From the NCBI GenBank assembly GCA_030390025.1, contig JASTWF010000048.1, positions 1,178,001 through 1,242,000 on the forward strand: DNA of 64,000 nt. The letters are read 5' to 3'. Shown here piece by piece: positions 36,275 to 49,808 of this stretch (position 1 is the first letter of the stretch; every line of letters starts with the position of its first letter). Source of the stretch: Squalus acanthias (taxonomy: Eukaryota). Made by a program: the position numbers and the translations under genes. The notes beneath the pieces are model-generated. The model was not told where the DNA came from. It saw only the letters and a list, made by a program, of their open reading frames with translations, and made no database searches.

Positions 36275-38088
36275 GTCGGAGGGGAAAACAGAGTATGAGA
36301 GTCAACTTGCAAATTACATAAAAGCGGACTGTAAAAGCTTCTACAAGTATGTAAAAACAAAAAGATTAGTGAAGACAAATGTCGGTCCCTTACAAGGAGA
36401 AACGGGAGAATTTATAATGGGGAACAAGGAAATGAGAGAGCAATTAAACAAATGCTTCCTTTCTGTCTTCACGGAAGAGGACACAAATAATTTCCCAGAA
36501 ATACTCTGGAACCAAGGGCCTAGTGAGAAGGAGGAATTAAAGGAAATTAACATGAGTTAAAAAATAGAGCAGGAGACATTAATGGGACTGAATGCCGATA
36601 AATGCCCAGGGCTTAATATTCAGCATCCCAGAGTATTAAAAGAGGCAGCCATGGAAATAGTGGATGCATTGGTTGTCAGCTTTCAAAATTCTATAGAATA
36701 TGGAACAGTTCCTGCAGATTGGAGGTTGGCAAATGTAAACCCACTATTTAAAAAAGAAGGTTGAGAGAAAACAGGAAACTACAGACCGGTTAGCCTAACA
36801 TCAGTAGTAGGGAAAATGCGAGAGTCTATTATAAAGGATGTGATAACAGGACACTTAGAAAATATCAACGGAAGTAGACAAAGGCAACATGGATTTATGA
36901 AAGGGAAATCGCGTTTGACAAACCTGCTGGAGTTTTTGAGGATGTTACTGGTAGAATAGATAAGGGAGAACCAGTGGATGTGGTTTATTTGGATTTTCAG
37001 AAGGCCTTGGATAAAGTCCCACATCAAAGGTTAGTGTGCAAAACTAAAGCACATGGGATTGGGGGTAATATACTGGCATGGATTGAAAATTGGTTCACAG
37101 ACAGGAAACAGATAGCATGAATGAATTGGTCTTTTTTGGGGTGGCATGCGGTGAATAGTGGGGTAACGCAGGGATCAGTGCTTGGGCCCCAGCTATTCAA
37201 AATATATATTAAAGATCTGGATGAAGGAGCCAAATGTAATATTTCCAAGTGTGCTGACGACACGAAACTAGGTGGGATTGTGAGTTGTGAGGAGGATGCA
37301 AAGAAGCTTCGAAGCGATTTAGACAAGTTATCCACTTCGTTAGGAAAAACGGAAAGGCAGAGTTTAATTTAAATGGTGATAGATTGGGAAATGTTGATGT
37401 ACAGAGGAACCTGGGTGTTCTTGTACAGCAGTCACTGAAAGCAACATGAAGGTGCAGCAAGCACTTAGGAAGGCAAATGGCATATTGGCCTTCATTACAA
37501 GAGGATTCGAGTACAGGGGCAAGGATGTCTTTCTGCAGTTATACAGGGCCTTGGTGAGGCCACACGTGGAGACTGAGTGCAGTTTTGTTCTCCTTTATTA
37601 AGAATGGATATATTTGCCATAGAGGGAGCTCAGCCAAGATTCACCAGACTGATTCCTGGAATGGCCTGACTGTCGTATGAGGAGAGATTGGGTCGACTAG
37701 GCCATTATTCAGTACAGTTTAGAAAAATGAGAGGGGCTCTCATTGAAACGTATAAAATTCTGACAGACTGGATGCAGGGAGGAAGGTTCCCTTGGCTGGT
37801 GGCTCTATAACGAAAATCACATTCTCAGGATACGGGGTAGGACATTTAGGACTAAGATAAGGAGATGTTTCTTCACTCAGAGGGTGTTGAACCTATGGAA
37901 TTCTCTACCACAGAAGGCTGTGGTGGCCAAGTCAATGAATATGTTTAAGAAGGAGATAGATAGATTTCTAGACGCAAACGGCATCAAGGGGTTTGGGGAG
38001 AAAGGGGAAATATGGTATTGAGATAGAGGATCAGCCATGATCATATTGAATGACAGAGCAGGCTCGAAGGGCCGAATGACTTACTCCT
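36275..38088 (+). mobile_element. 5'-truncated CR1/HER1-type LINE with degenerate RT
   Basis: NYRPVSLTS, QHGFMKGKS, QGSVLGP and ADDTKLGG motifs with stops and frameshifts; CR1 3' UTR. Confidence 0.85.
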
Positions 38089-38159
38089 CAATACCATATT
38101 CCCGCTCTCTCCCCATACCTCTTGATGCCATTTGCGTCTAGAAATCTATCTATCACCTT

Positions 38160-39730
38160 TTTACTATTAGTAAAATAACAGTACCTGCAAAATTAATGGG
38201 ACTAAAAGTCATAAATTCCAAGGACCGGATGACCTACATCATAGGGTTTTGAAAGAGCTGGCCATGTGGATTGTGGACGCATTGATTGTCATCTTCCAAA
38301 ATTCTATAGATTCTGGAACGGTTCCTGCAGATTGGAGTATCGGAAATGTTACCCCGCAATTTAAGAAAGGAGGGAGAGAGAAAACAATTAATACAGACCT
38401 GTTAGCCTTACATCAGTAGTTGTGAAAATGCTGGAATCTGTTGTAAAGAATGCAATAACTGGGCACTTATAAACTAATAGGAAGATTGGGCAGAGACAAC
38501 ATGGATCTTTGAAAGAGAAATCCTGTTTAACAAACCTATTGGGTTTGTTTGAGGATGTAACTGGTGGAGTAGACAAAGGGGAACCGGTAAATGTGGTTTA
38601 TCTGGATTTTCAGAAGGCCTTCGATAAGGTCCCACAGAAGAGGTTGGTGAACAAAATTAGAGCACATGGAATTCGGGGCAATATACTAGCATGGATTGAA
38701 AATTTGTTAACAGACAGAAAACAAAGGATAGGAGAAACTGCTCTTTTTCAGGATGGCAGGCTGTGACTAGTGGGGTACCGCAAGTATCGGTGCTTGGGCC
38801 CCAGCTATTCACAAACTATATCAATGATTTGGATGAGGGGACTAAATGTAACAATTCTAAATTTGCTGATGATACAAAGCTAGGTGGCAGTGTCAATTGT
38901 GGAGAGGATGTGAAGAGGCTTCAAGGGGATTTCGACAGGCTCAGTGAGTGGGCGAGAACATGGCAGATGGAATATAATGGTGAAAGATTGGGGAATGCAG
39001 ATGCTCAAAGGGACATGGTTGTCATTGTACATGAGTCACTGAAAGTGAATGTACAGTTGCTGCTAGACATTAGGAAGGCAAACGGTATGCTGGCCTTCAT
39101 TACAAGAGGAGTTGAGTACAGGAGAAAAGAAGTCTTACTCCAATTATACAGGGCCTTGGTGAGACCACACCTGGAGTACTGTGTACAATTTTGGTCTCCT
39201 TCACGATGGACGGATATACTTGACATAGAAGAAGTGCAACGAAGTTTCACTAGATTGCTTCCTGGGATGGCGGGAGTGTCGTATCAGAAGTGATTGAGTA
39301 AACTAGGCCTGTATTCTCTTGAATTCAGAAGAATGAGAGGGGATCTAATTGAAGGATACAAAATTATTACAGGGCTTGATAGGATGGATGCTAGGAGAAT
39401 GTTTCCCTTGGCTGGGGAGTCTAGAACCAGGTGCCAAAGCCTCAGGATAAATGGTAGGCCATTCAGGACTGAGATGAGAACACATTTCTTCACGCAACGG
39501 GTGTTGAATCTTTGGAATTCACTAGCCCAGAGGGCGGTGATGGCTCAGTCATTGAGTGTATTCAAAACAGTACACGCTAGATTTCTGACTTTTAAAAGCA
39601 TCAAGGGATATGGCGATAGGGCCGGTGAATTGAGTTGAGGCAGAAGATCAGCCATGATCTCATTCAATGGCGGAGCAGGCTCGAAGGGCCGAATGGTCTA
39701 CTCCTGCTCCTATTTCTTAAGTTCTTATGC
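38160..39730 (+). mobile_element. Second 5'-truncated CR1/HER1-type LINE
   Basis: SCLTNLL, YLDFQKAFDKVP, FADDTKLGG, LVRPHLEYCVQFWSP; tail ctcctgctcctatttcttaagttcttatg. Confidence 0.85.
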
Positions 39731-40255
39731 TCCTATTTTTCTACCGGTATTGTCCCTGTATCTTACCCGTACTGTCCCTGTATTTAATGAGTGCTGGCCC
39801 TTTATCTAATCCGTACTGTTTCTGTATCCAATGCGTGCTGTCCCTGTATCTAACCCGTACTGTCCCTGTATCTAACCCGTACTGTCCCTTTATCTAACCC
39901 GTACTGTCCCTGTATTCAATACGTGCTGTCGCTGTATCTAACCCGTACTGTCCCTGTATCTAACCCGTACTGTCCATGTATCTAACCCGTACTGTCCCTG
40001 TATCTAACGTGCGCTGTCCCTGTATCTAACGTGTGCTGTCCCTGTATCTAATGTCTGCGGTTCCTGTGTCTTAGGAGTGCTGTCCCTGTATCTAACTCGT
40101 GCAGCCCATATATTTAATCAGTTCAGTCCCTGTACCTATCCCGTACTTTCCCTGTATCTAACACGTGCTGTCCCTGCATCTTACGCATGCTGTCCCTGTA
40201 TCTAACCCGTACTGTCCTGTATCTAATGCGTGATGTCACTGGATCTAACCGGTGC
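39730..40255. repeat. Homogeneous 21-bp minisatellite (gtatctaacccgtactgtccct)
   Basis: Direct tandem repeats; the array continues on the other side of the CR1 insertion at 36155-36265. Confidence 0.88.
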
Positions 40256-40409
40256 TGTCTCTCATTACCCACCAAACAACACCCCTCCCCCAACCTTCGC
40301 CTCTGGATTGACACCACCCCCAACAATGCAGCGACTGGTTCGGTCCTGAGCCACGTTCTCTACTGCACCGGATACTTGAGGCAACGTCCCGGCTCCTTAT
40401 GTCACTGTG

Positions 40410-40819
40410 GAGTCGCCAAGGGCAGTAGTACTGCGCCGAGTGGTTCGCTCGCAGGCGGGTTGTTTGCAGGTGGAATGTTTGGTCGTCGGGCCTGGAGGCG
40501 GTGAAACCGTCCACCTCTCCCGCCGGGAGAGTAGAAGTGCATTAAGAGTTCTCCCTCTTGGGGCTCGCGGTACCAAGGAAACTCTGAGCCGAAGTTGCCC
40601 ACCACAAAACAGCGGATCTGCAGCAGGGAGTGCAGGGAAGCGTGGATTACAGGCGGAATTTACTGAACTTTGCGGCTTGCTACACCTGCGAATAGTAGGA
40701 AAATGATTGGGTTAAAACAGGGGGCTGTTGATATTCGGAGCCAAACTGCGCTCAAGTAATGCCGAGAGAGACTTACTGTGCAACAGCAGCGCAGACAAAA
40801 GACATCGGGTTAAATGCAT
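40410..40819 (-). pseudogene. TRBV: TCR V pseudogene, family B copy 4; leader 40777-40819, V exon 40410-40685
   Basis: TAA in FR1 (KVQ*), about 20-nt deletion in CDR2 causing a frameshift; heptamer CACAGTG at 40403-40409 but nonamer degenerate. Confidence 0.85.
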
Positions 40820-41226
40820 TTTGTTGTACAGTTTGCAGAAGAGAAACAAACCGGGATTTTGTAAAAATCTGCTCTCCTGGCGGCTGTGTGGTGGCATTAT
40901 GTAACTGCAGTTCTGTTTGATTGACAGCTGCTGCCCGCTCACTCCAGTTCCCGCCCCTTACAGTCTGATTGACAGCTGTCGACATAACCCCGCCCCTTCC
41001 CAGCTTCTCTCGACTCTTCACGGAACAGAAGTCCCGCTTCCGTGGTACCATTCTGGTAAATCTCCCCTGCAAGCTCTGTCTGGCCTTGACATCCTTCCAA
41101 AGTAACATTGCCCAGGCTTGGGGTAACTTTTCTAGCTGGGGCTGGAGAAACTCGTTTTTCAATTGTTAACCTTTAAAAGAAAACGAACAATGTTGTGAGG
41201 AAGTTGTTGCTCAATTAGGTTGTGAC

Positions 41227-41272
41227 ACAATGCCCGAAATAAAACAGTAAATTGGACAAAATTGAAATGCAT
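41227..41272 (-). other. Orphan family-C-like leader exon (MHFNFVQFTVLFRAL)
   Basis: 46 nt; starts MHFN exactly like family C leaders. Confidence 0.65.
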
Positions 41273-44200
41273 TCCGGCGGGTGCTGGTTTAGCAAACAGT
41301 TCCGGCTCAGTCTAAAATCCGCTTCGGTTTGATTGGCACAGTGTCAGAGCCGGAAGTTGCATCAAACCCCAAGAGCAAGTAAAAACAAGTAGCAGCAAAC
41401 AAATTATATTGGGCCACAGAATTCACCATCTGATTTTGATGGTGTTTGACTCGTTACGGAGTTATCGTTTTTCCTCTCTGTCTGTCTTTCTTTCTTTCTT
41501 TCATTCTTACTATCTTTCTTTCTTTCTCTTATAGTTTTCTTTTGTTTGTCTTTCATTCTTCCATTATTTCTCTGTTTCTCACTTTTTTTCCTTATTTCTT
41601 TTTACATTACTTTTTTGTCTTACTTTCTTACTTGTTTTCTCTCCGAGGCTCCATGGCAGCAACGGTGACATGATGAAACAAACTCTTTCTGCCTCTCTTT
41701 CATTCCCTCTCTTTCAATCTCTCTTTCTCTTTCATTTTCTTATTGTCTTTGCTTCCTCCTTTCATTCCATCGCTCCCTTTACTTTATTTCACCATGCTCC
41801 ATTAACTTTGCCTTCTTGTCGACTCACTTCTCTTCCTTTCTTAATTAACAACAACAACTTGCAGTTATATAGCGCCTTTAAAGTAATAAAACGTCCCAAG
41901 GTGTTTCGCAGGAGCGTTATCAAAAGAAATTGACACCGAGCCACTTCAGGAGATATTACTGCAGATGACCAAAAGCTTGATTAAAGAACGTGGTTGTAAG
42001 GGGCGTCTTAAAGGAACAATGAGTAGTAGAAAGGCGGAGAGGATTAGCGAGATATTTCAGTAGTTACGGCCTCTGCAGCAGAAGGCACGGCCGCAAATGG
42101 CGGAGCAACTTAAATCGAGGCTGCTGAAGAGCCCAGAATTGCAGGAACGCAGACATCACGTCCGGTTGTGGGGCTGGAGGAGGTTTCAGAGAGGGTGGGT
42201 CGAAGCCACGGAGGGACTTGAAAGCAAGCATGAGAATTTTAAAATGGAGGCGTTGCTCAAACGGGAGCCAATGTACGTCAGCGAGCGGAGGAGTGATGGG
42301 TGATCGGGTCTTGGTACGAGTTAGAATAGGGGGAGCGCAGTTATAATTTAGGGAGGCTGCAGGATGGGAGGCCGGCCACTAGTGCGTTGGAATAGTGAAG
42401 TCTGGAGGTGAGTACAGCATGGATCAGAGTTTCAGCAGCGGATGAGCGGATTCGGTGATGCTACGGAGGTTCAAGTAGACGGTCTTAGTGATAGCGCGGA
42501 GTTTTGCATTGGTGAGCCCCAAGGGTCAGTTTTGGATCCATTAATCTTTGCAAGTGTTAGAAACGACCTAGAATCGGGTGTAGGGAGCAGCATTATAAAG
42601 TTTTAAAATGATACGTAACTTGTCAAAGTAGGAGATCGTGATGAAGATAGTTATAGGCTTCAGGATGACACAGACAGGACGGCGAAATCGGCAGAAGCAT
42701 CGCAGATGGAGTTCAATGTGGAGAAGTGTGAAGAGGTCCACTTTGGAGCACTAATATGGAAGGACAGGATACTATAAATGGAACGATTTTGCAAAGTGTC
42801 GATGAGCAGAGAGATCTTGGTGTCCATGTACACAAATCCTTAAAGGTGTCAGAGTAATTGATAATGTGGTCAAAAAAGCACATGGGTTACTTGGGTTTAT
42901 AGATAGACCAATAGAAAATAAAATCAAAGAGCTCATACTTGAACTTTCTATAGCATTGGTTATGCCTCAGCTGGAGTATTGTGGAGAATTATGGCACCAA
43001 ATTTCAGAAAAGATGTTAAGGCCTTAGAAAGAGTACAGCGGAGGTTTACCAGGATGTTTCCTGTGTTGAGGGACTTAAGTTAAGAGGAGAAGTTAGGACT
43101 GTTCTCTTTTCAACAGAAAAGTATATGAGGTGAGCCAATAGAAATTTTCAAGATGATGAGAGGTTTTGAAAGTGAAAACTACAGAAATAGATAAAACGAT
43201 TCCCGCTGGCGAGTGGGTCAAAAGCCAGAGGTCATAGATACTAAATCATTGTCATTTGATCTTAAGAGTAGAGAGGAGAATTTTTTCACTCAGCAAGTTG
43301 TCTGCAGCTGAAATGCTCTTCCTCCAGTGGTGGTGGAAGCGGATCAATCAATAATTTTAAAAGGGAGTTGGACAGGTGCGGGAGGATGAGGATCTAACTG
43401 GGTGATGGACAAAATGTGGTGATGTGGGACTAAGCAAAACTGCTCCGTCAAAGAGCCAACACAGGCACGACGGGTCGAATGGCCTCCTTCTGTACTGTAC
43501 GTTCATATAATTCTGTTTGCTGTCGGAAGCTCATCTCGGGGTCAAATATGACACCAAGATTGCGAACAGTCTGCTTCAGCCTCAGACAGTTGCCAGGGAA
43601 AGGGATGGTTTCAGAGGCTAGGGAACAGAGTATTTGCCGGGGAGCGAAGACATTTGCGTCGTTCTTGCGAATTGTTAGTTGGAAAAAATTTCTGCTCATC
43701 CGGTACTGGATGTCGTACAAGCAGTGTCGTAAATCAGAGACAGTGGCGTGAATGAGTGCGCTGGTGGTGAGTCACAGCTGTGTGTCGTCAGCGTACATGT
43801 GCAACCTGACATTGTGTTTTTAGATGATGTCGCAGAGCAGCAACATGTAGATGAGAAATAAGGTGGGGGCAAGCTTAGATCCGTAGGGTACTCCAGAGGT
43901 AAAAATGCCGGGGCGTAGAATCAAACACAATGTGCAGATTATTAAGTTCCTTGTACCAATCCAAAGACAGAGTGAAGGTAGATAAAATGGATTATTCATT
44001 GGGAGCAGGCGCGGGTCATACAACATCGTTTGGAAGCAGCAAACTTGAGGAAGTTTAACGGTGTTTTTGTGCCAAATGGTCGGTAACTGAAAGGGTTAGA
44101 GAACCAGCGGATTTGAACATTAAGCGGAATGGTACATCTGTGGCGCCATTGCTCCTTCTGGGCCAAAGCATTTCGTGGCACAGGCGAAAGAGAGGCAGGA

Positions 44201-44883
44201 ACGTGCAACTACAAGCAACTGGGTCTTGTTACTTTCCACGTACGAATGATTTAGTGGGTATTTTCAACTCATGCCCTGAAATTGACCCGTCTTCCAATTA
44301 TTTTTCCCTCTCCTTCAGATGTTGATGAACTTACATATAATTACATCGAATTTACAGCACGGAATCCTGTCCAAATGGTCCATGCAGGGGTTTATCCTTT
44401 ACACGAACCTCCTCCCACCTCACTTCATCTCACCCTATCAGCAGAACATTCTATTCCTTTCACCCTCGTGTCTTTATCCAGCTTCTATGGTATTTGCCTC
44501 AAGCAGTCCTTGTGGTTAAAAGTTCCACATTCTCACCGCTCTCTGTGTAATGAGGTTTCTCCTGAATTCCTGTTTGGGTTTTGTAATGACTATCTTATAT
44601 ACGTGGCTCGCATTTTGGATCAACATCAAAAGTAGAAACATAATCTCCAAGTCTACCCTATCAAATCCTTCCATAATCTTAAATTAATCCAAGTGTGGTC
44701 TAACAACGCTATATGGAGATCAGCACTGTGTACGGTATTCTAAGTATGGACTAAATGAATTTTATGGAGATTAGGACTGAGCGCTCGGCGCTGTTCTCTG
44801 AATCCTCTGTAAACTTACACGAGTCTGACGGCAGCTCGTCTGAGGGTTTTTGTCTCGGCGGCGGATGACTCTGAACCGCTGAA

Positions 44884-45674
44884 TCCCATCAGCAGCTGCA
44901 CAGAAATACACCGCCGCATCCGTGTGTTTAACGCTGTCGATCTTCAGAGTGGATTTCTTATTTTCCACAGTCCTCGTAATGGCAAACCCGCTCTCAAAAC
45001 CCTCTTCATACTGAGCTTCACTGCTTAAATAAATAGACCCGATATAGGTGAATCCTTGTCCAGCGGATTGCCGATGCCACAGCATGTTATAGCGGGCTGT
45101 TCCATTCTGATAACAATTTAACTCGGCTTCGCCTCGCTGATCAACAGTAATCGAAGTCGGCCACTGATGGATCACATCCGCCAGCGAACAGTCTGAAAAA
45201 GAGGCGGCAGAGATGATAAAAACAATCGGATGTAATTGAGAAACTCGGTTGGCTTTTCAAAAAAGCCAGGGGGGTGGGAAACCGGCACTGTGGAGCCGTC
45301 GATTACTAAACACCTGTTAAAATCAACCCAATAATTCTGGGATAATGACCAAATTAACAACATAATGGCGATTATCCTACAGTTATTTAAGAAAGAACGA
45401 GATTCTGCAACTTTGAATTATAATGAGAACAATCTGCGCATCAATAAATATTAAAACAGCTGAAATAATATTAATCGCCTTAAGTTTTGTAGATTAAAAT
45501 AAATTATCGATTTAAATATTTGATTGCTCATAGATAATTGCTTGTTAATCATGATCGAATTGCACAATGCAGCTTAGTTAATATTTTGATGAATGGATGA
45601 TACTAGTACATGTTCAACACTATCTTATTCGGTCCCAGCAATGAAAGAGCAAAGACCAGCAAATTGAAATGCAT
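44884..45674 (-). pseudogene. TRBV: TCR V segment, family C copy 4: open V ORF but dead signals; leader 45629-45674, V exon 44884-45192
   Basis: Heptamer TTCAGCG (44877-44883, CAC lost); leader donor GTAAG changed to ATAAG; WYRQ changed to WHRQ. Confidence 0.85.
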
Positions 45675-45786
45675 CGTTTAGGGCAATCGACCATCTAATG
45701 CCCCAAATGGGGACTGACAGAGAGAGCGACGCTAATTATTCCGCATATGCAAAATCCGAGGTCAGATCCGGAAGTTGCGTAGGCAA

Positions 45787-46325
45787 ACAGAAAGAAAGAA
45801 CTTGCATTTCTAAAGCGCGATTCGCGACCTCAGAACGACTCAAAGCGCTTTGCAACCAATGAAGTACTTTTCAGGTGTAGTGGCTGTCGTAATATAGGAA
45901 ACGCGGCAGCCAAATTTGCGCATGCAAGATCCCACAAAGAGCAATGTGATAAATCAAAAGATCATCTGCTTTTAAGTGATTTCGTTTCAGAGAAAATATA
46001 GCCCAAGACAACTGGAGAAATACGGAATAGTATTGGTGCGAAACCTTACACCCACCTGAGGGGGAAAACAGTGCCTAAGTTTAAGTACTCCCACCGTACT
46101 GCCCCTCGGAAAGCACAGTGCTCCTTCAGAACTATCACTCCGACAGTGCAGCGCTCCCTCAGTACTGCCCATCCGACAGTGCAGCTCTCCCTCAGTACTG
46201 CCCCTCCGACAGAGCAGCATTCCCTGACTTCTGCACTGTATCCACTCCGGTCTCTGGAGAGTGAAGCGAACCCACAACCATCTGTCTCAGAGGCGCAAAT
46301 GGTATGAACTCAGCCGGAGCTGACA
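45787..46325 (-). mobile_element. Deu-domain SINE with short minisatellite (about 4-5 units)
   Basis: Orthologous position to the SINEs upstream of the other family C genes. Confidence 0.7.
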
Positions 46326-48886
46326 ATATATGATTTAATTTACAAAGATTGCTGAATAAGTTTGTCACGTTGACTTACTTGCGATCAGTGCAACTATTCT
46401 GATGTGTTAATGAACCTTGTGAAGCACGGCTTCTGCAGTCGACTTGAATGATGTCAGAGTTGAGGGACTTCAGTTATGCGGATAGGCTAGAGAAGCTGAG
46501 ATTTTTCTCCTTGGAGTGGAGATGGTTCAGCACATATTCAAAACAAGGGTACCAGGATTTACAGACTTCAGTAATGAGGAGAGAATGGAGGAGCTGGGAT
46601 TTTATTCTCCTTCGAGCCGAGCTGGCTAATGGGACGTTTTAATGTGCTCAACCTGATAGAGAACACGGGGAGAAACTGTTTCCACTGGTAGGAGATTCGG
46701 TAAGCAGAGCACTCAGATTTCGGATCATTGGCAAAAGTATCCGAGTTGTAGGTCAGAAGAATCTGTTAAAATTAGCGACTTATCATGATACGGAATGTAC
46801 TGCCTGAAAGTGCGATGCAACTAAATTCAATAGTAAGTTTCAAATGGGAATTGGCTATACCCTTGAAACGGAACATAAATTAAGGGTTATTGGAAAAGAG
46901 CAGGGAGTGGGTTTAATTGTATAGGGGAGACCAAAACTAGTGGTTAAAAATATATCATAGTTACGAATACATCTAGTAGGGAATTCAGGAGCAATCTACT
47001 TACCCAAAGAGTAGTGAGAATGTTTACCTTGTTACCACAAGAAGTGGTTGAAGTAAATAGCATAGACGTATTTAAAAGGAAGCTATATAAGGACATGAGC
47101 GAGAAAGGGTTAGAAGGACATGCTGGTATGCTGAGATAAAAAGGGGTGGGAGGAGGATCATGTGGAACTAATTGGATAGCGCTTTCTAACAGCCGGACCG
47201 GACTCGGTGGGCCGAATGGCCTCCTTCTGTGCTGTATCTTTAATGATTCTATAAACCACAGAACATTGTTGCGTCAAAGTTCCCTCCAGATTCAGGCAGT
47301 GCGGGTTCCAGTTCCCAATTCCGAAAAGAGAATTAAAGGGTTAAATTCTTCGCGGGGCTGCACTCCTAGATTCTTTGAAAAACACATCAAACGGCATTAG
47401 GAGTCTGATAAACAGATGGGTTAACGGTTTTCAACAGACACTCAAACATCTGTCAGGGGGCAGGTGTTCCAGTGAGAAACGGATCTGGAGCAGCATCTCG
47501 TCTTTGCACAGGGTGAAACTTCCGTCACACGTTTAAGGGTTCTAAGATGAACTATTTTCCACTTGAATGGGGTTGTGTCCCTTCGAGCAGAGAAGGTTAA
47601 GTGGAGATTAGAAAGAAATGTTCAAAAACATGAAGCGTTTTGCTAGATTAAATAATGAGAAACTGTAAACCGTGGCAGGAGGGTCGATAAACAGAGGAGC
47701 CAGATTTAAGGTAATTGACAAAAGAACCAGAGCGGGAGATGAGTAGAATCTGGAGCAGCATCTCGTATTTGCATAAGGGGAAATATCGGTCACCCGTTTA
47801 AGGGTTCTGAGATGAACAATTTCCTATTTGTATGGGGTCGTGCTCATTAGAACAGAAAAGGTTAAGGGGAGATTTGAAAGAGCTGTTTTTCATGGATTAA
47901 GTAAGGAGAAACTGTATCCAGTGTCAGGAGGTTCGATAATCAGAGGAGACAGATTTAAGGTAATTTACAAAAGAGACAGAGGGCGAGATGCGTAGAATCT
48001 TTGGCCTGAGTGAATTGTTACGATCTGGAATGCGCTGCTTGAACGGATGGTGAAGCAGATACAATAGTAATATTTAAAAGGCAACTGGAGAAATACTTGA
48101 AGCGGAATTATATTCAATGCTATGGGGAACCGGTCAGGGTATTGTGACCAATTGGATAACTACTTCAAAATTCCGGCACGATGGACCGAATGGCCTTCTT
48201 CTGTGCTATATCATCCTATGATTCCATGATAAACAGCGCACCTCTCGTCGCTTTTGTGATAGCGCAATTAACACGTGGGATAAGCACTTCCTCTGATATC
48301 GTGAGCTTGGGAACGATTCACTGGTATAATCGGGAGCTATGCGTTATTCCTTCCCATATTCGTACGTCCGTTCTTTCAAAACTAACACTAACCCATTCAC
48401 CCCACCTCATAATCTGTTGTTAAAATGTATAAGATCCCTGAATGAAAAGGACATACGAAATGTTGAAAAAGTATTTTTATTCATTTATCATCTGTTGTAT
48501 TAATCTGAAGCGAAAGAGAGTAAGAAGATGAATCAATATGAAAAAAAAGTAATTCATGTTATATCATTTATTTGAACGGTATGATTAAAGAATAGCGACA
48601 GATAGATGATAAAACGGTCGATAGATAGATGGTAGATAGATAGATATTGTGATAGATAGATCAGAGCAAGATAGACAAATAGATAACAGATCGATGGATA
48701 GATCGCAGATGGATAGAGAGATAGATAGTTAGACAGATAGATAGACAGAAAGACAGAAGGATAAATGGGTAAAGATGCAGACAAACAGAATCACAGGCAG
48801 ACAACGAGACATATCTGTCTCGCACGGTTATTTCCTGCCGCCTTTGGGGTTTTTGTTGAGCTCCTCCATCTCTCTGAGTCACTGTG

Positions 48887-49808
48887 CAGACCCCAGGCGC
48901 AGTAATACACGGCCGAGTGATTTGCCCGCAGACTGGTGGACTCCAGGTTGAAGTGGGTGTCGTCGGGTCTCCTGGCGGTGAATCCATCCACCTCACCAGA
49001 GGGAGTGACCGCGTCGGCGACGTTAGAATAGAAAAGGTTTTCAGGCTCCCTGTTGGGATGCCAGCGGTACCAGTAGAAATAGTTACCAGCTGTTGATTTT
49101 GTGTAAAGGCAATCGATGCGAACTGCAGTTCCCGGGGAACTGGATATGGAAGCGGGAGTCTGTTCGATCAGCACGGCTCGCACATCTGTAAAACAGAGAA
49201 AGAGAGAGAGTGACAGATAAACCAGGGAGACATTGCATATAGACAACCACCATGAAGGGGCAGGGCAGAGGAGAGACAGAGTGAGGGCGGGAGTGGGCGA
49301 GAGAGGCAGAGAAACACAGCGAGATGGAGAGAGCACCAGAGGCAATGAGAGAGAGAGAATCAGATACAGAGCGATAAACCGAGAGACAATCTAATCATCG
49401 ACAGAGGACGAGAAGCAGCACACGAAGAGAGAGCGATAGAAAAGAGAAAGAAAGAGAGGCAAAGAGAGAGAGTGACATAGAGACAATGAGAGAAAGACTA
49501 ACAAAGAGAGAGAGTGAGAGACAAGGGAAATATAAACGAACAGTCAGGCAGTAAGACAGGCTGAGAGAGATACAGCGGCAGAGAGAGAATGCGGCAGAGA
49601 GAGTGAGAGGCAGAGAGAGTGAGAGGCAGAGAGATGGAGACAGACAGACAGAGAGCAAAATATAAACCGAGCTAGAGAGAATCTACACCCGCCCGCGGTG
49701 TGAAGTGACACACGGGGAAAGAAAAGTCAGGGGCGCTGAAATCCCACAGCCCAGCACCACCTTACCAGTTAACATCAGCAACACAATCCAGAGCTGAGAC
49801 CCAGCCAT
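48887..49808 (-). CDS. TRBV: TCR V gene segment, family A copy 5, apparently functional; leader 49766-49808, V exon 48887-49185
   Basis: Leader MAGSQLWIVLLMLT; V ending YYCAWGL; RSS CACAGTG (48880-48886), 23 bp, ACAAAAACC (48848-48856); decamer AGTGACATCA at 49843-49852. Confidence 0.9.
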
